A DNA stretch of 63,449 bases, counting the filler, from Gemmatimonadota bacterium (GTDB lineage: Bacteria; 4572-55; J002): assembly GCA_003697105.1 (NCBI GenBank). It is 7 parts of 7 records of this genome, joined end to end, with 100 filler letters (N's around TTAATTAATTAA, not from the genome) between each part and the next. Parts side by side here need not be neighbours in the genome. Positions count along the whole stretch, not along the records: positions 1 to 11,219 come from RFFQ01000156.1; 6 more parts are not named here. One strand, given 5' to 3'. Position 1 is the first letter of the stretch; each line of letters opens with the position of its first letter. Below the pieces are notes generated by a model. The model ran no database searches, had not been told where the DNA came from, and worked only from the letters and a program-made list of their open reading frames with translations. Positions 1 to 9,281 of this stretch are shown piece after piece. The position numbers and the translations under genes are program-made.

Positions 1-48
1 ACCGGTGCCAATCCAGCCAATTTTAGAAGTTGAAGTGAGTTGGTGCAT
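1..48 (-). CDS. Partial (5' end only) NAD(P)-dependent oxidoreductase, beta-hydroxyacid dehydrogenase family
   Basis: Reverse strand reads AGGAG RBS then MHQLTSTSKIGWIGTG, a Rossmann IGWIGxG start; runs off the window edge. Confidence 0.6.
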   Translation of the reverse strand, partial: MHQLTSTSKIGWIGTG

Positions 49-379
49 CGTAATGCTCCTTCCAAAAAATATTTAAGACAAAAATGAGTTAATTTATAGA
101 CGGCATCCCATCTGGTAAAACAACCGCTCTATCACTGAAAGAATAAAACGTGAATAAATGATACTCATAGCAAGAGCGTAACATCCCTAAAGACAATGTC
201 ACCAGTATAAATAAAAAAATTCAACGGGGCAACTACCCAATGTGGGGTATAAATTAGAGTCGGTAAACAATATGTCCGCCAAATTTTCGGATTTGAAAGA
301 TTTATCTAGCGGTAACATGTTGAAAATAAAACTGTTACGGAACTTAACCACCTTAATTTCAAGATATTGGTAAAAAAGG

Positions 380-423
380 TTGACAAACTCAATTTTATAT
401 TTATATTTCGCCATATAACGAAA
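380..423 (+). promoter_or_regulatory. sigma70 promoter and probable ArsR operator of the ars operon
   Basis: TTGACA at 380-385 with TATATT downstream, overlapping the imperfect palindrome TTTCG-N8-CGAAA just upstream of arsR. Confidence 0.7.
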
Positions 424-437
424 CAAAGAGGTAACCC

Positions 438-779
438 ATGCGGCACATAACAAAACTTTTTAAAGCCCTTTCCGACCCCAATCGGTTGCGGATTTTAAAG
501 ATGCTGGAGACAAAACCCCTTTGTGTGTGCGAGATCACAACGGTGTTGAATCTGGCACCATCGACGGTTTCCAAACATCTTTCCATCTTGCGAGATACCG
601 GCTTGATTACCGATGAGAAAGACGGAAAATGGGTGAACTATTCTCTGACAACCAACCCCACCGATGCCTATGTGGCGGAAATACTGCCATTGATCCGCCA
701 TTGGCTGAATGAGGATGACACCATCCGGCAAGATCGATCCCACGCGGCTGGCGCAGACCGCATGATGATTTGTTGCTAA
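438..779 (+). CDS. arsR: ArsR/SmtB family metalloregulatory repressor
   Basis: FKALSDPNRLRIL...LCVCEI...VSKHL...GKWVNY signature, C-terminal CC, first gene of the ars cluster. Confidence 0.93.
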   Translation: MRHITKLFKALSDPNRLRILKMLETKPLCVCEITTVLNLAPSTVSKHLSILRDTGLITDEKDGKWVNYSLTTNPTDAYVAEILPLIRHWLNEDDTIRQDRSHAAGADRMMICC

Positions 780-795
780 TTTTTTTATCTTTTCA

Positions 796-822
796 TTTCG
801 TTATATGGCGAAATATAAATAT
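796..822. repeat. 27-bp perfect inverted copy of 397-423 (second ArsR operator-like site)
   Basis: TTTCGTTATATGGCGAAATATAAATAT is the exact reverse complement of ATATTTATATTTCGCCATATAACGAAA at 397-423. Confidence 0.85.
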
Positions 823-852
823 GTTATGGGTACGTTGAGGAGGGATTTTCTC

Positions 853-1641
853 ATGCCGAATTCGGTTCAACTCAAGCAGATTGTCAAAGAAAAATATGCC
901 CGCATTGCCGCTACATCCACCTCCTGCGGTTGCGGTTGCAGTGCTTCCGATAGCGATCCTCTTAATATGAGTGAAGATTACTCGCATCTGGAAGGCTACA
1001 CCATAGATGCCGATTTAGGCTTAGGGTGCGGCATACCGGCTAAATTTGCCAATATCAACACGGGTGATGTGGTTCTCGATCTCGGCTCAGGGGCAGGTAA
1101 TGATGTCTTTGTGGCGCGAGCACTTGTTGGCGAAGCTGGATATGTCATTGGTATAGATATGACCCCTGAGATGATCGATAAAGCGAATCGACATAATACC
1201 AAGTTGGGATACCAAAATGTGGTGTTCCGGCTAGGGGATATTGAAAACCTGCCGGTAGAAGACAACCGTGTGGATGTGATAATTAGCAACTGTGTGCTAA
1301 ACCTCGTTCCAAATAAGCGCCGCGCTTTTGCCGAAATGTTCCGGGTGCTAAAACCGGGGGGTCATTTTTGTGTATCCGATATTGTCACATCGGGTGACCT
1401 GCCGCCCCGCTTAAAAAAAAGCGCGGAAATGTACGCCGGTTGTGTCGCGGGTGCGGTTCAAAAAGAGGTGTACCAGCAACTGATAACGGAAGCGGGTTTC
1501 ACTCAGGTAGAGATCAAAGAAGAACGCCGTATCCCCCTCGACCCGGGTATGTTAAAGGAACTTTTGACCGGTCCAGAGCTTCTTGATTTTCAACACGGGA
1601 AAAACGGCATTTACAGCATCACCGTGTACGGAATGAAATGA
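853..1641 (+). CDS. arsM: Arsenite S-adenosylmethionine methyltransferase
   Basis: LGLGCG, VLDLGSGAG, ISNCVLNL and AGCVAGA motifs; ATG 853 follows GAGGAGG RBS. Confidence 0.92.
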   Translation: MPNSVQLKQIVKEKYARIAATSTSCGCGCSASDSDPLNMSEDYSHLEGYTIDADLGLGCGIPAKFANINTGDVVLDLGSGAGNDVFVARALVGEAGYVIGIDMTPEMIDKANRHNTKLGYQNVVFRLGDIENLPVEDNRVDVIISNCVLNLVPNKRRAFAEMFRVLKPGGHFCVSDIVTSGDLPPRLKKSAEMYAGCVAGAVQKEVYQQLITEAGFTQVEIKEERRIPLDPGMLKELLTGPELLDFQHGKNGIYSITVYGMK

Positions 1642-1730
1642 GAAGAAAATCAACTCCGTGCTAAGAAGCCCATGGGGGGACTCGGCGTATTTTAAGTCAC
1701 GTGTGTTCGGATAAATGGGAGACGGTACCG

Positions 1731-3032
1731 ATGGATTGGAAAGACGAAATAAAGCCTCTTTTTTGGCTACTGGTAATTTTCGGTCTGGCGTATTTCATGC
1801 CGGTCGGGCAGAATCGCTTTGATCAAGCAATTTTGGAAGCCTTTGCGTTAACCAAATGGTACGCTCGTGAGCATGTTCTACTCTGTTTAGTCCCCGCATT
1901 TTTTATTGCCGGGGTGATTTCTGTGTTTGTCAGTCAAGCCGCGGTCATCAAGTATTTTGGGGCAGGCACAAAAAAGTGGCTCTCGTATGCGGTTGCCTCG
2001 ATTTCAGGGACGGTATTAGCGGTCTGTTCGTGTACCATTTTACCGCTGTTTGCCGGGATTTATAAACGGGGCGCTGGGATTGGTCCTGCCACCGCTTTTT
2101 TGTATTCCGGACCGGCGATCAACATTTTGGCGATCATCCTCACCGCGCGAATTTTGGGCGCAGAGTTAGGTATTGCCCGTGTAGTGGGTGCGGTATTGTT
2201 CAGCGTGATTATCGGCTTATTGATGCACTTGATCTACCTCAAAGAAGAGCAAACGAAAGCCGCTTTACAAGCCACCATGCCCGAACCGGAAGAATCACGC
2301 CCGCTATGGCAGACCACGTTCCACTTTTTTGTGCTGGTGGCGATTTTGGTGTTCGCCAACTGGGGTAAGCCCGCCAGTGAAAGCGGCTTATGGGCATTTC
2401 TCTACCAGAATAAGTGGAGCATCACGGCGGGGTTTAGCCTCTTGCTGATGTTCTCGCTGACATTTATTCTGCGGATCAACGGGTTACACGTAATTTTGGG
2501 AGGAATCCCTGTCATTATTGGGGTGATGTTGTACCCGCAGCAGCCATTGATTCCGTTTGTGATGGGGACAATCAGTCTCAGCGTGCTGTTATCAATCCAT
2601 GAAGGTGAACCGGCGGAATGGATGGACGCTACATGGGGATATACCAAGCAGATTATGCCGTTACTGGCGGCAGGTGTGCTAGCCGCCGGATTTTTGCTGG
2701 GTTCACCGGAAGGCGGGCAAGGTGTTATTCCTAATGAATGGGTAGCGAATTTGGTCGGGGGAAACTCTTTTTTTGCTAACTTTTTTGCCTCAATCGTTGG
2801 GGCATTTATGTATTTCGCCACGCTAACGGAAGTACCGATTGTGCAAGGGTTGATTAATAGTGGGATGGGCAAAGGTCCGGCGCTGGCGTTGTTACTGGCG
2901 GGCCCGGCACTCTCTCTGCCCAACATGTTAGTCATTCGTAGCGTGATCGGTACGCAAAAAACAATCATTTTTGTCACGTTGGTGGTGGTCATGGCAACGA
3001 TTAGTGGAATGGCTTTTGGCGCCTTTAGCTAA
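1731..3032 (+). CDS. ArsP/DUF318-family permease
   Basis: AREHVLLCLVPAFFIAG, LAVCSCTILPLF and MYFATLTEVP motifs; multiple TM segments; ars context. Confidence 0.85.
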   Translation: MDWKDEIKPLFWLLVIFGLAYFMPVGQNRFDQAILEAFALTKWYAREHVLLCLVPAFFIAGVISVFVSQAAVIKYFGAGTKKWLSYAVASISGTVLAVCSCTILPLFAGIYKRGAGIGPATAFLYSGPAINILAIILTARILGAELGIARVVGAVLFSVIIGLLMHLIYLKEEQTKAALQATMPEPEESRPLWQTTFHFFVLVAILVFANWGKPASESGLWAFLYQNKWSITAGFSLLLMFSLTFILRINGLHVILGGIPVIIGVMLYPQQPLIPFVMGTISLSVLLSIHEGEPAEWMDATWGYTKQIMPLLAAGVLAAGFLLGSPEGGQGVIPNEWVANLVGGNSFFANFFASIVGAFMYFATLTEVPIVQGLINSGMGKGPALALLLAGPALSLPNMLVIRSVIGTQKTIIFVTLVVVMATISGMAFGAFS

Positions 3033-3056
3033 TCGACCTGAATAGGAGGTGTTAGC

Positions 3057-3812
3057 ATGTTATATCCCCTAATTTTTGCTATCATTTTCATCGCTTCATT
3101 TTTATTCGCCATGCTGGGATTGGGTGGCGGCATGGTCTATGTGCCTGTGCTCAAATGGGCCGGATTTTCGGTCAAGGAAGTTGCCATTCCACTGGGTTTA
3201 CTGCTCAATGGTCTCAACACCTTGCTGGCTCTGATCCCCTTTGCCCGCAAGAAGTTAGTGGACTGGAAAGGCGGTTCGGCCATGGCAATAGCAGCTTTGG
3301 TCTGTGCCCCAATTGGCGCTTATACCGCGCAATTTGTACCGGTTAAGCAATTGCTGATTCTGTTTTCCATCGCTGTGCTCGTTGCCGCCTTTCGGATGCT
3401 TCTTTTTTCCCGCAACCCGGAGCCGGAGGCGATGATGTCACTGGCCAAAAGGTCGGCTATCGGCGCCGGCGTGGGCGCTCTGGCCGGGTTTGCCGGCGGA
3501 CTGCTGGGCATCGGCGGCGGCTTCATCATCGCCCCGATCCTGATGTGGATGGGCTACAAGACTAAAAAAGCGGCGGCGACAACGGCGTATGTGGTAACGT
3601 TCTCGTCTTTTTCCGGCTACCTGGGCCACATGGCGGAAGGTCATTTCAACTGGCCGCTGACCATCGGCGTGGTCATTGCGGTCATCGCCGGCTCGCAGTT
3701 GGGCGGCTCGTTTATGTCCACCAAAGCGAATCCCAAATGGGTGAAGCGAATTTACGCGGTCGTGCTGCTGGCGATTGCGATCAAACTCATATGGGGTGTT
3801 ATTGCATCCTGA
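3057..3812 (+). CDS. Sulfite exporter TauE/SafE (TSUP) family membrane protein
   Basis: Repeated GLGGG/GIGGG motifs in a ~250-aa multi-TM protein. Confidence 0.85.
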   Translation: MLYPLIFAIIFIASFLFAMLGLGGGMVYVPVLKWAGFSVKEVAIPLGLLLNGLNTLLALIPFARKKLVDWKGGSAMAIAALVCAPIGAYTAQFVPVKQLLILFSIAVLVAAFRMLLFSRNPEPEAMMSLAKRSAIGAGVGALAGFAGGLLGIGGGFIIAPILMWMGYKTKKAAATTAYVVTFSSFSGYLGHMAEGHFNWPLTIGVVIAVIAGSQLGGSFMSTKANPKWVKRIYAVVLLAIAIKLIWGVIAS

Positions 3813-3864
3813 TTATCAGCATCTCACCAAAATTTAAAAACCTTCAACATAAGGAGAAGTAGAA

Positions 3865-4467
3865 ATGATGAATCCAGAAGACTGGCTCGAATTCGGACAG
3901 AAATTTCACGGGCACAAATGCCCGGCCATGCCGATGGGTCTGCGGGTCGCGGCGGCGGCCATGAATGCCCTCGGTGTTGAACGCACCGGTGACAGCGCTA
4001 TCCTGGCCCTGCTGGATCTGGGCGAAGACCACTGCGCCACCTGTTTTGCTGACGGCGTGCAGGTCATCAGCGGCTGCACGATGGGCAAGGGCAACATCAA
4101 AAAGACGCACAAGGGCAAGTGGGCGTTGACCCTAATCGACAAGAAGACGAAAAAGGCCGTGCGGGTGACACCCAAAGCTGAGGCCATGCTGGCCAACAAG
4201 AAAACCTCGTTCTTCAAAGACTACCGGGAAAAAGGCGTGCCGCCCACCAAAGTGCCGGACGATGTGGTGCAGCCGCTGGTGGAAAAGGTCATGGGTGCCC
4301 CGGACGACATGCTTTTAAATATCTCTGAAGTTTTTGACGTTGATTACCAGGATCCGCCGCATAGCTTTGCCAGTTTTGTCTGCGAGGAATGCGGCGAAAT
4401 GGTGGTGGAACAATACGGCCGGATCAAGGGCGACCATAAAGTGTGTATCGACTGCGCAGCAAAATAG
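3865..4467 (+). CDS. FmdE family protein with C-terminal zinc finger
   Basis: FHGHKCP, CFADGVQVISGCTMGKGN, C-terminal CEECGE...CIDC. Confidence 0.88.
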   Translation: MMNPEDWLEFGQKFHGHKCPAMPMGLRVAAAAMNALGVERTGDSAILALLDLGEDHCATCFADGVQVISGCTMGKGNIKKTHKGKWALTLIDKKTKKAVRVTPKAEAMLANKKTSFFKDYREKGVPPTKVPDDVVQPLVEKVMGAPDDMLLNISEVFDVDYQDPPHSFASFVCEECGEMVVEQYGRIKGDHKVCIDCAAK

Positions 4468-4480
4468 ATTTATTACCCAA

Positions 4481-4509
4481 CCCTGTCAGCGTTTAAAACG
4501 CTGACAGGG
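4481..4509. repeat. REP-like intergenic palindrome
   Basis: CCCTGTCAGCGTT-TAA-AACGCTGACAGGG perfect stem between co-directional genes, no U-tract. Confidence 0.6.
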
Positions 4510-4528
4510 ATATAAAAAGGAAAATGCC

Positions 4529-5440
4529 ATGAGCCACAATCCTCATCACCATACGCCGGTATCGGGTTGGCGGCTGCTGGTCACCATGCTGCTTAATTTC
4601 GCTATCACCATTGCAGAGATTATCGGCGGGATCATGTCCGGCAGTCTGTCACTGATTTCGGACGCGCTGCACAATTTCAGCGACGGCCTGTCCATCGTTA
4701 TCAGCTATGCTGCCCTGCGTCTGGCCGGGCGACCGTTTTCCCAACGCCATACCTTTGGGTTAAAGCGGGCGGAAATATTTGCGGCGGTCATCAACGCTAC
4801 CGTGCTGGTGATGATTTCGTTGTATCTGTTTTACGAGGCCGTCCTGCGATGGCTTCACCCGGAGCCGGTGCATGGTCAGTTAATGACGATTGTGGCTCTC
4901 ATCGGGCTGACTGCCAACGTGGTCGGCGTTCTCCTGCTGAAAAAGGATTCGGCGGGCAGCCTTAACATCAAATCAGCTTATTTGCATCTGCTCAGCGACG
5001 CGGTGTCTTCGGTCGGGGTCATCCTGGGCGGTTTGGCGATTTATTGGTGGGATGTTTTTTGGCTGGACCCGCTGTTGACGATCCTGATTGGGGTGTATAT
5101 CATCAAAGAGAGTTTGGCGATTCTGCGGGAGGCTTTTCATGTGCTGATGGAAGGCGCCCCTCTGCATATCACGCTGGAAAAGGTAAAAACGGCTGTCGAA
5201 GCACTGAAAGACGTCAACGATATTCACCATGTGCATGCGTGGACTGTTGGCGAAAATGACGCTCATTTAGAAGCCCACATCAATATTGTGGACATGCCGG
5301 TGAGCGAAACGACCGTTCTGCGGCAAAGAATTAGCTCGATCCTGCATGATCAATTTGGCATTGAACATGTCACCCTGCAATTTGAATGTAACCAATGCCC
5401 GAATGTGGGATTGATCCATTCGGGTCATCATCATTCTTAA
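4529..5440 (+). CDS. Cation diffusion facilitator (CzcD/ZitB-like Zn/Co/Cd exporter)
   Basis: SLSLISDALHNFSD, AYLHLLSD, His-rich termini, DIHHVHAW. Confidence 0.92.
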   Translation: MSHNPHHHTPVSGWRLLVTMLLNFAITIAEIIGGIMSGSLSLISDALHNFSDGLSIVISYAALRLAGRPFSQRHTFGLKRAEIFAAVINATVLVMISLYLFYEAVLRWLHPEPVHGQLMTIVALIGLTANVVGVLLLKKDSAGSLNIKSAYLHLLSDAVSSVGVILGGLAIYWWDVFWLDPLLTILIGVYIIKESLAILREAFHVLMEGAPLHITLEKVKTAVEALKDVNDIHHVHAWTVGENDAHLEAHINIVDMPVSETTVLRQRISSILHDQFGIEHVTLQFECNQCPNVGLIHSGHHHS

Positions 5441-5463
5441 CTCGTTAAAAAAGGAGTCTGACA

Positions 5464-5700
5464 ATGGAAGTCAAAATCCTGGGCACGGGCTGCCCCAAAT
5501 GCCAAAAACTAGCTCAAATGGTCACCGACGTGGCCAAGAAGAACAACATCACCATCGACATGGAAAAAGTTACCGAGATTGACGACATCATGGCCTACAA
5601 TATCATGATGACGCCGGGTCTGGTGATCAATGGCGAAGTGAAAAGCGCGGGCAAACTGCCCAAAAACGACCAAATCCTGACCTGGCTCAAGGAGGGGTAA
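5464..5700 (+). CDS. Small redox-active disulfide protein (thioredoxin_3 / MTH895-like)
   Basis: ILGTGCPKC and MTPGLVING motifs. Confidence 0.88.
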   Translation: MEVKILGTGCPKCQKLAQMVTDVAKKNNITIDMEKVTEIDDIMAYNIMMTPGLVINGEVKSAGKLPKNDQILTWLKEG

Positions 5701-6201
5701 ATGTATCGTTATATTTCAGCCTTTTTGATGCTGTTGCTTGTTTTCGGTTTAGCCTGTAGCCAGACCGACCACACTGAATCACAACAGAAAGTGGATACGG
5801 CCCAACCATCAACGGTCAAGGAAGCCGTTTCCGAAGCGCCGGTAACTCAATCCGACACGACCGCCGTTGTTGACAGCACGGGCGCGGCAGTAACTAAAAC
5901 CATCGCAATGATCACCTTCATCGAACTCGGATCGGTGAATTGCATACCGTGCAAAAAAATGCAGCCGGTGATGAAATCCATCGAGAAAAAGTATGCCGGT
6001 CAGGTGGAAGTGATTTTTTACGATGTTTGGAAGGAGCCGGAACGGGGAAAAGAATTTGGCATTAAGATGATTCCAACCCAGGTATTTTTGGATCCGGAAG
6101 GTACGGAACTCTTGCGGCATCAGGGATTCTTCCCGGAAGAACAGATTGATGAATTTTTGCAATCCAAAGGCTTAAAAGTCGTGGAGGTACCTTCCACATG
6201 A
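5701..6201 (+). CDS. Exported/lipoprotein thioredoxin-family protein
   Basis: Signal peptide ending LAC; ELGSVNCIPCKKM; IPTQVF cis-Pro loop. Confidence 0.85.
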   Translation: MYRYISAFLMLLLVFGLACSQTDHTESQQKVDTAQPSTVKEAVSEAPVTQSDTTAVVDSTGAAVTKTIAMITFIELGSVNCIPCKKMQPVMKSIEKKYAGQVEVIFYDVWKEPERGKEFGIKMIPTQVFLDPEGTELLRHQGFFPEEQIDEFLQSKGLKVVEVPST

Positions 6202-6899
6202 TTATGGACTGGTTTTCTCGGCTGACCCTAGCGATGGAGGGCAGTTTTGGTTTGGCGTGGGTTGCCGCATTTATCTGGGGCATATTGAGCATTTTGCTCA
6301 GCCCTTGCCACCTGTCGAGTATCCCATTGGTGATTGGCTTTATCAATACACAAGGCAAGATCACGCTCAAGCGCACCTTCACCTTATCGCTGATGTTTTC
6401 CATCGGGATTTTAATTACCATTGCCGGCATCGGCGTGATCACGGCGTTGATGGGACGAATGCTGGGTGATATTGGGCGCTGGGGCAACATCGTGGTTGCA
6501 GGTGTCTTTTTTGTGATAGGTTTGTATTTGTTGGATGTTATAAAATTGGAGTGGAGTAGTTTTGCTCCTACCACCACCCAGTTACGCGGTATTCCGGCGG
6601 CGGTTGTTCTGGGTTTGCTCTTCGGGGTCGGCTTGGGTCCTTGTACCTTTGCCTACATGGCACCGGTGTTGGGTGTGGTGTTTCAACTCGCTTCTACGGA
6701 GATTATCAAAGCCATCTTGTTATTATTTGCTTTTGGTATTGGACACTGTGCGGTGATCGTCCTGGCTGGGACATTAACAAAATGGGTACAATCTTATCTG
6801 AATTGGTCGGAAGAATCTACGGTAACCATCTGGATCAAGCGCATTTGCGGCATACTGGTGATATTCGGAGGCGTATATCTGATTTATACCACAAGTTAA
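6198..6899 (+). CDS. ccdA: CcdA/DsbD-type transmembrane electron transporter
   Basis: LSPCHLSSIP and LGPCTFAYMAP conserved PC motifs, about six TM segments. Confidence 0.82.
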   Translation: MIMDWFSRLTLAMEGSFGLAWVAAFIWGILSILLSPCHLSSIPLVIGFINTQGKITLKRTFTLSLMFSIGILITIAGIGVITALMGRMLGDIGRWGNIVVAGVFFVIGLYLLDVIKLEWSSFAPTTTQLRGIPAAVVLGLLFGVGLGPCTFAYMAPVLGVVFQLASTEIIKAILLLFAFGIGHCAVIVLAGTLTKWVQSYLNWSEESTVTIWIKRICGILVIFGGVYLIYTTS

Positions 6900-6911
6900 A
6901 TGAGGTGAACG

Positions 6912-7580
6912 ATGACACGGATACTAATGTTATGGATAGGGTTGTTGGGGAGCGTCACGTTAGGTTTCGCGACGGAATCCCCCCTAATCCCTTTGCGGGA
7001 TCAATTGGGACAGATTCAAGTCTCATTAGCTATGAACAAGATACCGGAAAAACATCAAATCCTAACACTAAGCACGTATATTGACCAATTAACGGCGGAT
7101 GATCTATCACAATGGGCGGTATGTGATCATCCCAAGTCCGAATTAGATGCGTTTCAAACGGTATTTGAGTCATTTCGCGAGATGTACCAGACGCACTCTT
7201 CGGCAGATACGCTTTTAAGTGCATTTAAACCGGTCACTCAATCCTATAACCGTTTATTTGGGCGCCATTTGCATAATCAGATCAAAACGGCCGAAAAACC
7301 GAAAATTATCCTCTTTTCGACCTCCGTTTCGTGCGAATGTACGCTGAAAGCGGCGGCTGAAAATGAGGTAGCCGTCCAGAAATTTTACCAAGATTATCCC
7401 CACATTGCCGATTATGTCATTATTGATGCCTTTTATGAAACAGCATTACGCGATACCTACCAAATCCATTTTTTACCGGTGGCGGTTGTTTTAGATCGTG
7501 ACGGGACCGAAATGGAACGATATGTTGTGGAAGATTTTTTGTATCCAGAACTTGAAGTCTTACTCACATCCACCCCATAA
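6912..7580 (+). CDS. Secreted hypothetical protein with C-terminal thioredoxin-like fold
   Basis: Signal peptide; IILFSTSVSCECT and YQIHFLPVAVVLDRDGTEMER resemble a Trx fold. Confidence 0.5.
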   Translation: MTRILMLWIGLLGSVTLGFATESPLIPLRDQLGQIQVSLAMNKIPEKHQILTLSTYIDQLTADDLSQWAVCDHPKSELDAFQTVFESFREMYQTHSSADTLLSAFKPVTQSYNRLFGRHLHNQIKTAEKPKIILFSTSVSCECTLKAAAENEVAVQKFYQDYPHIADYVIIDAFYETALRDTYQIHFLPVAVVLDRDGTEMERYVVEDFLYPELEVLLTSTP

Positions 7581-7597
7581 TCAGAGAGGTTTAAAAC

Positions 7598-8044
7598 ATG
7601 ATAGAACCCCCCTTGCGCATCCTTATTTTGTGTACGGGCAATTCGTGCCGTAGCCAGATGGCAGAGGGATTTTTACGCTCATTTGATAACCGGTTAGCTG
7701 TTTTTTCCGCGGGCACCGCTCCCGCCGTGCGGGTTCACCCCAAAGCGGTGCAAGTGATGCAGGAAGCCGGGATCGATTTGAGTAAACACTATCCCAAAAC
7801 GGTCAATTCGTTTATCGATCAGGCATTTGATTATGTGATCACGGTTTGCGGGCATGCGCAGGAGACTTGCCCAGTGTTTACCGGACAGGTCAAACAGCGG
7901 TTACACATCGGATTTGATGATCCGGCAACAGCGACCGGTACTGAAGAAGAAATATTGGCGGTTTTCCGCCGGGTTCGGGATGAAATTCAAGATCAATTTT
8001 TCCATTTTTATACAAACCATATCACATCCAAAAAGGGAAGTTGA
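7598..8044 (+). CDS. arsC: Thioredoxin-coupled arsenate reductase (LMW-PTP family)
   Basis: [14 protein letters not shown]-loop; [11 protein letters not shown] resolving cysteines; DDP motif. Confidence 0.93.
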   Translation: MIEPPLRILILCTGNSCRSQMAEGFLRSFDNRLAVFSAGTAPAVRVHPKAVQVMQEAGIDLSKHYPKTVNSFIDQAFDYVITVCGHAQETCPVFTGQVKQRLHIGFDDPATATGTEEEILAVFRRVRDEIQDQFFHFYTNHITSKKGS

Positions 8045-8045
8045 G

Positions 8046-9110
8046 ATGAGTGCATTAACAAAAAAGCTATCCATTGTCGACCGGTATCTCACGTTATGGA
8101 TTTTCCTGACAATGTTTGTGGCGGTTAGCATTGGCTATTTTGTGCCCGCCATTGCTCAGTTTTGGGACACCTTTAAGGTCGGCACGACGAACATTCCGAT
8201 TGCTATCGGTTTAATCTTGATGATGTATCCACCCCTTGCCAAAGTGAAGTACGAGGAATTACCGGTGGTGTTTCGCAATGTTCGCTTGTTGGTCTTATCA
8301 CTGATTCAAAACTGGATTGTTGGACCCTTTGTCATGTTCTTTCTGGCAATTCTCTTTCTGCCGGACAAACCGGAAATGATGGTCGGGGTGATTCTAGTGG
8401 GATTAGCCCGGTGCATTGCCATGGTGCTGGTATGGAACGATCTGGCAAAAGGCGATAGCGAGCTTGCGGCGGGATTGGTCGCTTTTAACGCCATTTTTCA
8501 GGTCTTCTTGTACTCGGTTTATGCCTATATCTTCATTACGGTGTTGCCGCCGTTGTTTGGCTTAAAAGGTGCCATCGTGAAAGTTTCCATTGGTGAGATT
8601 GCCATAACGGTCTTAATTTATCTGGGTATCCCGTTCGTTGCTGGGATGCTCACCCGCGCGATTCTGGTGAACGTGAAAGATAAGGATTGGTATCACCAGC
8701 AATTTATTCCCAAATTATCCCTAGTTACTCCGGTGGCATTGCTGTTTACGATCTTTGTCATGTTTTCCCTGAAGGGTGACTCCATTGTCAAGCTCCCGTT
8801 AGATGTGATTCGAGTCGCCATTCCCTATACGGCTTATTTTGCGGTGATGTTTTTTATAACCTTTTTTGCCGCGAAAAAGATTGGCGCCAACTATGCGCAA
8901 ACCACTACCGTTTCCTTCACGGCGGGTAGTAACGATTTTGAGCTGGCGATTGCCGTTGCCGTGGCAGTTTTTGGCATTAACTCTCCGGCGGCATTTGCCA
9001 CAGTCATTGGACCGTTGGTTGAAGTGCCCGTACTGATTATGCTGGTCAATGTGGCGCTTTGGTTTCAGCGGAAATGGGTTGGCGGCACAAATACCACCAA
9101 CACACACTAA
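8046..9110 (+). CDS. acr3: ACR3 family arsenite efflux transporter
   Basis: [41 protein letters not shown] and GPLVEVP motifs; start at MSALTKK. Confidence 0.95.
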   Translation: MSALTKKLSIVDRYLTLWIFLTMFVAVSIGYFVPAIAQFWDTFKVGTTNIPIAIGLILMMYPPLAKVKYEELPVVFRNVRLLVLSLIQNWIVGPFVMFFLAILFLPDKPEMMVGVILVGLARCIAMVLVWNDLAKGDSELAAGLVAFNAIFQVFLYSVYAYIFITVLPPLFGLKGAIVKVSIGEIAITVLIYLGIPFVAGMLTRAILVNVKDKDWYHQQFIPKLSLVTPVALLFTIFVMFSLKGDSIVKLPLDVIRVAIPYTAYFAVMFFITFFAAKKIGANYAQTTTVSFTAGSNDFELAIAVAVAVFGINSPAAFATVIGPLVEVPVLIMLVNVALWFQRKWVGGTNTTNTH

Positions 9111-9136
9111 CCCCGAACCTACCAGCGACCTTTTCC

Positions 9137-9185
9137 AGTGGAACGGCAATCCGATCTTACATTAAAACGGGGTTGCCGTTCCACT
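9137..9185. repeat. Long intergenic hairpin (terminator or REP-like)
   Basis: AGTGGAACGGCAA...TTGCCGTTCCACT 13-bp stem after acr3. Confidence 0.55.
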
Positions 9186-9281
9186 TGCGATTTCCTCAGA
9201 TTTCCATTTGACAATTTTTCCCTCTCTGTGATATGCTCCGCAATCATCTTCATCATTAAATTTTCAGGAAAGGAGCAGTGT

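Noticed and set aside
7854-9281. Long N-terminal extensions of acr3 (from 7854) and putP (from 9138); likewise arsM (from 805)
   Set aside because: They overlap upstream genes or regulatory hairpins; better RBS-linked starts exist at 8046, 9282 and 853
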